From NCBI GenBank assembly GCA_016190505.1, contig JACPQM010000043.1:9188-73187 (forward strand): a DNA stretch of 64,000 nt, written 5' to 3'. The notes beneath the pieces are model-generated. The model did not search any database and was not told where the DNA came from. It saw only the letters and a program-made list of their open reading frames with translations. The position numbers were made by a program, and so were the translations under genes. The stretch comes from Chloroflexota bacterium (GTDB lineage Bacteria; Chloroflexota; Dehalococcoidia; JACPQK01). Shown here one piece after another: positions 57,650-64,000 of this stretch. Positions within the stretch are counted from its first letter, which is position 1, and each line of letters begins with the position of its first letter.

Positions 57650-57666
57650 TCATACCAATAGTATGA
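57650..57666. promoter_or_regulatory. palindrome tcatac-caata-gtatga upstream of the second RHH-mazF operon (candidate operator)
   Basis: Seen directly. Confidence 0.4.
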
Positions 57667-57742
57667 CCAAACAGACGGACGAAGGGCGGGCATCCCGGCG
57701 TGTCGGGACCCCTACGGGTACACTGGGTGCTAGAATGGGCCT

Positions 57743-58366
57743 GTGCTCGTGGACATGCACACGCATACCCGGTTTGGGTCCAACTGCTCATACATGGAGC
57801 CGGTGGGCCTGGTCCGGTCCGCGCAAACGGCCGGCCTGGGCGCGGTGTGCATCACTGAGCATGACCTGCTCTGGAGCGCAAGTGATCTCGAAGCCCTGGG
57901 CCGCGAGCAGGGCTTCCTCTGCCTGGGTGGCATGGAGGTAGCCACGGACCTTGGCTCCATCCTGGTCTATGGCTATCGTGGTCCCCTGTCGCAACGGGCG
58001 GAGGAGCTGCGCCGTCAGGTACAGGCCAACGGTGGCTACATGGTGGCGGCCCACCCCTTCCGGCGTGACCCCCAGTGGGCTGTTTGGGACGTTGCCGCTG
58101 AGGTGGGGCGCCCGTTGTTCCGCCTGGTGGATGCTCTGGAGGTGTTCAACGGCCTCTCCCCTCGTCGGGAGGCGGAATTCGGGTTGGAGGTAGCTGGTAG
58201 GACCGGCTTGCCGGTGCTTGGGGGCAGCGACAGCCACGCGCCCCATACCGTGGGCCGCTGCATCACCCGCTTTGAGCGGCCCATTGCCTCGGAGGCGGAC
58301 ATGGTGGCCGAGCTCCGGGCGGGGCGGTTCCGGGCGGAGCACCGGGTGCTGGGGCTGAGCACGTGA
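57743..58366 (+). CDS. PHP-domain metal-dependent phosphoesterase
   Basis: VDMHTHTRFGS…CITEHD His motifs of the PHP family. GTG start. Confidence 0.75.
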   Translation: MLVDMHTHTRFGSNCSYMEPVGLVRSAQTAGLGAVCITEHDLLWSASDLEALGREQGFLCLGGMEVATDLGSILVYGYRGPLSQRAEELRRQVQANGGYMVAAHPFRRDPQWAVWDVAAEVGRPLFRLVDALEVFNGLSPRREAEFGLEVAGRTGLPVLGGSDSHAPHTVGRCITRFERPIASEADMVAELRAGRFRAEHRVLGLST

Positions 58367-58446
58367 CCCGAGGCCAGATTGGACGGATTGGACTGATCGG
58401 ACGGATCCGACCTAGCGGGACTCGGTGGGGGTGGTATCATAGGCAT

Positions 58447-58689
58447 ATGCATGAGCCTTTCCTCCCCGACTGCGGCCATTGCACATGGTTCCTCAAGCCT
58501 TTTGACTCACAGAGCCCCCTGGGCGATTGGGGATTCTGCTCAGCCCGGGCCGGGGGGGCGCTGCCGGAGCGGGACGTGCTCCACCGCCTGGAGGTCGCTG
58601 CCCGGGGTGGGGACTTCGCCCCAGTGCTGAGCTTCCCAGGCCTCTTCCCTGAGGGGGACGATGGCTGTGAAGCCTTCTGCCCACTCTGA
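58447..58689 (+). CDS. possible small Cys-containing protein (hypothetical)
   Basis: ATG within the ORF 58363..58689. MHEPFLPDCGHCTWF…GFC… Weak support. It may overlap the true dgt start. Confidence 0.2.
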   Translation: MHEPFLPDCGHCTWFLKPFDSQSPLGDWGFCSARAGGALPERDVLHRLEVAARGGDFAPVLSFPGLFPEGDDGCEAFCPL

Positions 58690-59728
58690 CCTGCTGGTGG
58701 GGCAGGCCATCCGCCTCCGCTTGGAGGCGAAGGAAGATGCGCTATCGCCCTATGCCGCCCTTAGCGCCCGCTCTCGGGGCCGACTGAGTGCCGAGCCTCC
58801 GGACCCCATGCGCACCGAGTTCCAGCGGGACCGGGACCGCATTATCCACGCCAAGGCGTTCCGGCGCCTCAAGCACAAGACCCAGGTGTTCATCCTTCCC
58901 GAGAAGGACCACTACGTAACCCGGCTCACTCATACTCTGGAGGTGGCCCAGATCGCCCGCTCCATAGCGCGCGCCCTGAACTTGAACGAGGACCTTACCG
59001 AGGCCATCGCCCTGGGCCATGACCTGGGCCACCCTCCCTTCGGCCATATCGGCGAGGAAGTCCTGGCCGAGCTCTACCCGGCCGGGTTCCGCCACGGGGA
59101 GCAAAGCCTGCGGGTGGTGGACTGCCTGGAGAAGGACGGGCAAGGTCTCAACCTGACCTACGAGGTACGGCAGGGCATCCTCCAGCATTCCAAGGCCCTG
59201 GCCAATCTGCTAGAATGGCCTGCGCCGGAGACTATGGAGGCTCAGGTGGTCAAGGTGTCCGATACTATCGCGTACATCAACCACGATCTGGGCGACGCCA
59301 TCAGGGCCGGCCTGGTCAAGGAGAGCGATCTGCCCGCAGCCGCCCGGTCGCTGGGCGCGTCATCGGGGGAGCGCATCAACTCCCTGGTATGGGATGTGGT
59401 GGAGCACTCGTGGGTGGCCACGGGCGATCCGCTCCAGGCGGGTGGCAAGCCCGAGATCGCCATGTCGCCTGAGGTCATCGCGGCGGCCAACGGGCTTCAG
59501 GCGTTCCTCCTGGATCGGGTCTACGCGCGCAGCGCTGCCACGGAGGAGGCGCACCGTGCTCGAGAGGCTCTGCGCCGCCTGTATGCCTACTATACCAGCG
59601 ATGGTGGGCAGCTTCCCCAGGAGTACGTGGTGCGCGCTGAGGACGCAGTGGAGCGGCGCGTAGTTGACTACATCGCGGGCATGACCGACAATTTCGCACT
59701 GGGTCTGGCCGGTTCTATCGGAGGCTAA
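58661..59728 (+). CDS. dgt: dGTP triphosphohydrolase-like HD-domain phosphohydrolase
   Basis: LSPYAALSARSRGR…FQRDRDRIIHAKAFRRL…HTLEVAQIAR…HDLGHPPFGH is the dGTPase signature. Confidence 0.85.
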   Translation: MAVKPSAHSDLLVGQAIRLRLEAKEDALSPYAALSARSRGRLSAEPPDPMRTEFQRDRDRIIHAKAFRRLKHKTQVFILPEKDHYVTRLTHTLEVAQIARSIARALNLNEDLTEAIALGHDLGHPPFGHIGEEVLAELYPAGFRHGEQSLRVVDCLEKDGQGLNLTYEVRQGILQHSKALANLLEWPAPETMEAQVVKVSDTIAYINHDLGDAIRAGLVKESDLPAAARSLGASSGERINSLVWDVVEHSWVATGDPLQAGGKPEIAMSPEVIAAANGLQAFLLDRVYARSAATEEAHRAREALRRLYAYYTSDGGQLPQEYVVRAEDAVERRVVDYIAGMTDNFALGLAGSIGG

Positions 59729-59731
59729 GGT

Positions 59732-61537
59732 ATGGGCGTCGCCGACGAGGTGCGTCAGCGCCTGGACATCGTCGAGGTTGTCTCCCAATACGTCCAGTTG
59801 CAGAAGGCCGGGCGGCACTTCAAGGCCCGCTGCCCGTTCCATAGCGAGAAAACGCCCTCCTTCATAGTTTCCCCCGAGCGGCAGACCTGGCACTGCTTCG
59901 GCGCCTGTGGCACCGGCGGAGACGTTTTCTCTTTCTTGATGAAGGCGGACAAGATTGAGTTCCCCGAGGCACTGCGCCGCCTGGCGGATAGGGCCGGGGT
60001 GGCCCTCGCCCCGCCGTCGCCAGAGGAGACCAGGGCCAGGGAGGATGCCGACCGGCTGTACCGGGTCAACGAGGCAGCCGCCCGCTATTACCACAACCTG
60101 CTGCTGAGCTCTGCCCCGGCTGAGGGGGCCAGAGGCTATGTCCACCGTCGTGGCCTGTCACCGGAGACTGTGGCCCGCTTCGAGCTGGGCTACAGCCTGG
60201 ACGTCTGGCGGGGGCTCCAGGACCATTTGCTGGCAGCGGGCTTCTCCCGTGAGGACACGCTGGCCGCGGGGCTCTGTGTGGCCCGCCAGGATGGGGGGAG
60301 CTACGACCTGTTCCGCGGTCGCCTGCTCTTCCCCATCCGCAACGATAGGGGAAGGGTCGTTGGTTTTGGAGGCCGTGCCCTGGACGCCTCGAACCCCAAG
60401 TACCTGAACACTCCGCAGACGCCGGTGTTCGACAAGGGATCGGTCCTGTACGGCATTGACCAGGCGACCGCCGCCATCAGGTCTGCGGACCGGGCCGTTA
60501 TAGTGGAGGGCTACTTCGACGTGCTCATGGCCCACCAGATGGGGTATGGCAACGTGGTGGCCTCCATGGGAACGGCGCTGACCGAGCGGCAGGTGGCTGT
60601 CTTGCGGCGGTTCACTCGCAATCTGGTGTTGGCCCTGGATGCCGACGCCGCGGGCGACGAGGCCACGCTGCGGGCCATTGTCACCGTGGGACAGGCCCTG
60701 GGCAAGGCTACCGTGCCTGTTCCCACCAGCACCGGCATTCGCTATCAGACCACCTACCGAGGGGACGTGCGCGTCGCGTCTTTGCCACTGGGCAAGGACC
60801 CTGACGAGGTGCTGTTGGAGGGGGGCGAAGCCTGGCCTTCACTTGTGGCCAACGGGCTTTCGGTGATAGAATATGTGTTCAAGGCGACACTAGAGAAGTT
60901 GGACCTGACCCAGGCCTCCGGAAAGCAGGGGGCGGCAGAAAAGCTGTTGCCCATCATAGCGGAGCTTACAGACCCCGTAGCCGAGGCGCACTATCTACAG
61001 CGTCTTGCCCGCGTGGTGGGCGTGACGGAGGTCACACTGCGCTCGGCCCTGCCCAGGGTGCGCCGGTCCAGGCAAGCGGGCGCGGGTCATGTTCCCGCTC
61101 TGGTGCCGCAGAGACAGAGGCTGGAGGAGTTCTGTCTTGGCCTGTTGTTGCGCTACCCAGGCCTCCGCGCGCTGGGTAGCCAGCTTGCGGCCGACGACTT
61201 CCAGTGCACGGAGAACCGGGAGATGTTTCGCCTGTGGCAGGAGGGTAGCGACGTGGCACGGCTTCAGGGCGACGAGAGCATGGGTGCCCACATAGCCGAG
61301 GTGGTTGCCCAGGCATTGCCACCCGCGACACCCAAGGAGATAGAAGCCGATCTGGCCCAGGTTATGCGCCGGCTGCGGGAACGCCGCCTGCGGGCGCTGA
61401 AGCTGGAGGAGGCGGCGTGGGAGAGCGAGGACCCCGAGGTTAACCTGGAGGAGGTCGAGGCTCGAGCCTTGCCCATTAACACCCAGCTTCGTCAGATCTT
61501 TAGCCAGCCCCCAAAGGGTGAGGCGGTAGGGGGGTAG
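59732..61537 (+). CDS. dnaG: DNA primase
   Basis: CHC2 zinc finger ([11 protein letters not shown]…WHCFGCG) and a TOPRIM domain. Confidence 0.9.
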   Translation: MGVADEVRQRLDIVEVVSQYVQLQKAGRHFKARCPFHSEKTPSFIVSPERQTWHCFGACGTGGDVFSFLMKADKIEFPEALRRLADRAGVALAPPSPEETRAREDADRLYRVNEAAARYYHNLLLSSAPAEGARGYVHRRGLSPETVARFELGYSLDVWRGLQDHLLAAGFSREDTLAAGLCVARQDGGSYDLFRGRLLFPIRNDRGRVVGFGGRALDASNPKYLNTPQTPVFDKGSVLYGIDQATAAIRSADRAVIVEGYFDVLMAHQMGYGNVVASMGTALTERQVAVLRRFTRNLVLALDADAAGDEATLRAIVTVGQALGKATVPVPTSTGIRYQTTYRGDVRVASLPLGKDPDEVLLEGGEAWPSLVANGLSVIEYVFKATLEKLDLTQASGKQGAAEKLLPIIAELTDPVAEAHYLQRLARVVGVTEVTLRSALPRVRRSRQAGAGHVPALVPQRQRLEEFCLGLLLRYPGLRALGSQLAADDFQCTENREMFRLWQEGSDVARLQGDESMGAHIAEVVAQALPPATPKEIEADLAQVMRRLRERRLRALKLEEAAWESEDPEVNLEEVEARALPINTQLRQIFSQPPKGEAVGG

Positions 61538-61545
61538 CCACGAGT

Positions 61546-63246
61546 ATGGTAGGGAAGAAGACTGCTTCGAAAATGAAAGAAGCTGCTCTTGACAAGCCCT
61601 CGTTCGAGGATAACCCCGAACTAGAGGCGCCTGAGAAGGTTGCGGAGGCGCCTTTGGAGGCGGATACGTCTCAAGGCACGGTAGGGAAGAAGGCGGCACC
61701 CAGGGCCAAAGAAGCTGCCTTCGACAGGCCCGCATTTGAGGACGGTCCGGAGGAGAGCGCGCCCGAGCAGGCCATGGAGCCGCTGTTGACGGAGTTGCCT
61801 CCGCCGATCGCTGAAGTGCCACCAGTTGCCGACATCGGCCCAGTCATTGCCGACGTGCCCGTTATCTCCGATGTGGACGTGGTGTTGGGGAAGGGCGAAG
61901 GGGCTGTGGAGAGACGACAAACTGCTGTGGTGACGCTGCAGCCGGAAGAGGTCCTGCCGGTCGCCCCTGCCGAACGGGAGGTAATCGACGATCCCGTCCG
62001 CATGTACCTGCGCGAGATTGGCCGGGTCAACCTGTTGACGGCCCAGCAGGAAAAGAAACTCGCCTCCGCCATGGAGATGGGGCGGCACTTGGAGAAAGTG
62101 CAGGATGAGCTGTTCCGGGCTCGGGGGCGGCCCCCGAGCAGCGGGGACATTGCCATCGCCGTGCTCAAACGGCTGGAGGGCCTGGCGCCGGCGCTGTTGG
62201 TCATCGAGTCCAAGACCGGCCTGGCCTCGGGCCGGGACCTGGCGGTGCGTTTCACCGATCCGGCCCTGCGGTCGGCCATTGACGGCGACATGAACGCCGA
62301 CCTGGTTAAGGAGATCTCCGAGCAGTTGGGCATCTCGGCCGCAGAAGCGGAAGAGCGAGTAGTACACGTGTCGGTGTTCAGCCGGGTGCTGCCCGAGGCG
62401 GTACTCAAAGAGCTGTCCGCCTGGTCAGAGTGGTCGCAGGCCGACTGGGAGGCGCTGCCCCAGGCGCTCGAGGCCCAAAAGGATGGGCTGCACAGCCACT
62501 GGAGGCGGATCATGGACGAGGGGCGCAAGGCGGCCTCGGACCTCACCGAAGCTAACCTGCGCCTAGTGGTCAGCGTGGCTAAGAAGTACATCGGCCGGGG
62601 CATGTCGCTGCTCGACCTGATCCAGGAAGGCAACGTTGGCCTGATCCGGGCGGTGGAGAAGTTCGACTACCGCAAGGGATACAAGTTCAGCACCTACGCC
62701 ACCTGGTGGATACGCCAGGCCATAACCCGGGCTATCGCCGACCAGGCACGGACCATCCGCATCCCCGTGCACATGGTGGAGACCATAAACAAGCTGCTCC
62801 GGGTCAGCCGCCGGCTGGTACAGGAGTACGGGCGGGAGCCCACCAGCTCCGAGATCTCCCAGGACATGGAGATCACCCCGGAGAAAGTCCGGGAAATCAT
62901 CAAGGTCTCGCAGGAGCCTGTGTCCCTGGAGACGCCCATTGGCGAGGAAGAGGACAGCCACCTGGGCGACTTCATTGAGGACCGAGCGGCTACCCCACCG
63001 TTGGAGGCGGCCTCCCAACAGCTCCTGAAGGAGCAGATCGAGTCGGTGCTGAACACCCTCAGCGAGCGCGAGCGGAAGGTGCTGCGGCTGCGCTTCGGCC
63101 TCGATGACGGCCGTCCCCGCACCCTCGAGGAGGTGGGGCGCGAGTTCAAGGTGACCCGGGAGCGCATTCGACAGATCGAGGGCAAGGCGCTCCGCAAGCT
63201 GCGCCATCCGAGCCGCAGCAAGAAGCTTCGCGACTACCTCGAGTAA
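61546..63246 (+). CDS. rpoD: primary RNA polymerase sigma factor (sigma-70/SigA)
   Basis: Regions 2-4: [44 protein letters not shown]… and the terminal [15 protein letters not shown]. Confidence 0.9.
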   Translation: MVGKKTASKMKEAALDKPSFEDNPELEAPEKVAEAPLEADTSQGTVGKKAAPRAKEAAFDRPAFEDGPEESAPEQAMEPLLTELPPPIAEVPPVADIGPVIADVPVISDVDVVLGKGEGAVERRQTAVVTLQPEEVLPVAPAEREVIDDPVRMYLREIGRVNLLTAQQEKKLASAMEMGRHLEKVQDELFRARGRPPSSGDIAIAVLKRLEGLAPALLVIESKTGLASGRDLAVRFTDPALRSAIDGDMNADLVKEISEQLGISAAEAEERVVHVSVFSRVLPEAVLKELSAWSEWSQADWEALPQALEAQKDGLHSHWRRIMDEGRKAASDLTEANLRLVVSVAKKYIGRGMSLLDLIQEGNVGLIRAVEKFDYRKGYKFSTYATWWIRQAITRAIADQARTIRIPVHMVETINKLLRVSRRLVQEYGREPTSSEISQDMEITPEKVREIIKVSQEPVSLETPIGEEEDSHLGDFIEDRAATPPLEAASQQLLKEQIESVLNTLSERERKVLRLRFGLDDGRPRTLEEVGREFKVTRERIRQIEGKALRKLRHPSRSKKLRDYLE

Positions 63247-63299
63247 GCGGCACCAGCCCCGACGCGTCTGGGCGTTTCGGCGACCTCCAAGGGAGAGCG

Positions 63300-64000
63300 A
63301 TGGAAGACTTCATTCCGGCGTACACTTTCACTATCAGGGCCCAGTATCCTAACCAGGCCGGCATGCTGGGCAGGGTTAGCTCGGTCATCGGCGAGCACGG
63401 CGGCAACATTGGGGCTATTGACATCGTGGAGATGGCGCAGGGGCGCATAACGAGGGACATCACCGTGGGCGTGCACCATCCCGAGCAGACCCACGAGATC
63501 GTCCAGTACATCGGCGCCCTGCCCGGCGTCCGGGTGGTCCGGGTGGCCGACCTAACCTTCCAGCTTCACCTGGGGGGCAAGATTGAGGTGCATAGCCGGG
63601 TCCCCATCCGCACGCGGTCGGCCCTGTCCATGGTGTATACGCCGGGGGTGGCCCGTGTGTCCCTGGCCATCGCCCAGGACCGGGAGGCGGCGTGGAACCT
63701 GACAGTAAAGCGCAACACCGTGGCCGTGGTAAGTGACGGGACGGCAGTCCTGGGCCTGGGGGATGTGGGCCCCTGGGCGGCCCTGCCTGTGATGGAGGGC
63801 AAGGCTCTTTTGTTCAAAGAGCTGGGTGGGGTAGACGCCTGGCCCATCTGCCTGAACACCAAAGACCCGGACGAGATCGTGAAGACGGTCAAGAACATCG
63901 CCGTGGGCTTCGGCGGTATCAACCTGGAGGACATCTCGGCGCCGCGGTGCTTCGAGATCGAGGAGCGCTTGCGCCAGGAGTTGGACATCCCGGTGTTCCA
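63300..64000 (+). CDS. NAD(P)-dependent malic enzyme with N-terminal ACT domain; 3' end beyond window
   Basis: AAGGGAGAG SD before ATG 63300. ACT-like N-terminus, then the malic-enzyme core (VYTPGVA…VVSDGTAVLGLGDVG…). No stop before nt 64000. Confidence 0.8.
   Translation, partial: MEDFIPAYTFTIRAQYPNQAGMLGRVSSVIGEHGGNIGAIDIVEMAQGRITRDITVGVHHPEQTHEIVQYIGALPGVRVVRVADLTFQLHLGGKIEVHSRVPIRTRSALSMVYTPGVARVSLAIAQDREAAWNLTVKRNTVAVVSDGTAVLGLGDVGPWAALPVMEGKALLFKELGGVDAWPICLNTKDPDEIVKTVKNIAVGFGGINLEDISAPRCFEIEERLRQELDIPVF

Noticed and set aside
58380-58420. short tandem repeats gattggacggattggactgatcggacggatccgac
   Set aside because: Only two imperfect copies of 8-10-nt units. Likely chance or minor slippage. 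Not pursued.

Overview
This is a high-GC bacterial chromosome segment, roughly two-thirds G+C by eye. All functional calls are from reading the translations, not from database searches. A Chlor_Arch_YYY (DUF2298) membrane protein followed by a GT39-like partner, together with Ala/Thr/Pro-rich lipoprotein linkers, points to Chloroflexota; that assignment is an inference. No rRNA, tRNA or CRISPR array was found. Coordinates of small motifs are approximate to within a few nt.

Positions 1-20.4 kb and 30.6-39 kb form a catabolic gene set. It holds an SCP-x thiolase with its DUF35 partner, an acetone-carboxylase-alpha/HyuB-like gene that overlaps a family-III CoA-transferase, and an amidohydrolase-2. 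It also holds two bicupin dioxygenases, an orphan family-5 solute-binding protein (SBP), two tandem paralogous molybdopterin oxidoreductases and a FAD flavoprotein. A LivJ/H/M-type transporter lacking ATPase genes and a complete hyuA-hyuB pair complete the set.

This set is split at 20.8-30.1 kb by a compositionally distinct three-gene operon on the minus strand. The operon encodes an SNF2 helicase with a C-terminal PD-(D/E)xK-like nuclease tail, a DUF1156 N6-adenine methyltransferase, and a DUF499 AAA+ ATPase. It is translationally coupled. I rate it the strongest candidate for a poorly characterised, restriction-modification-like or BREX-like defence system.

Positions 39-64 kb are housekeeping genes: ftsY, tatA, cmk-plsC-ispH, ppsA, dgt-dnaG-rpoD and a malic enzyme. 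Several insertions interrupt them:
- a low-GC GIY-YIG nuclease plus RNase-H-like exonuclease pair, next to a MITE-like repeat;
- a low-GC, plasmid-like module with a ParA ATPase and small partner, two tandem MazEF-like toxin-antitoxin pairs and a duplicated mazF 3' fragment;
- a cluster led by a 24-codon ORF ending in Cys-Cys-Cys, upstream of Fe-S proteins.

Intergenic regions carry at least two families of GC-rich palindromic repeats, which are REP/MITE-like.
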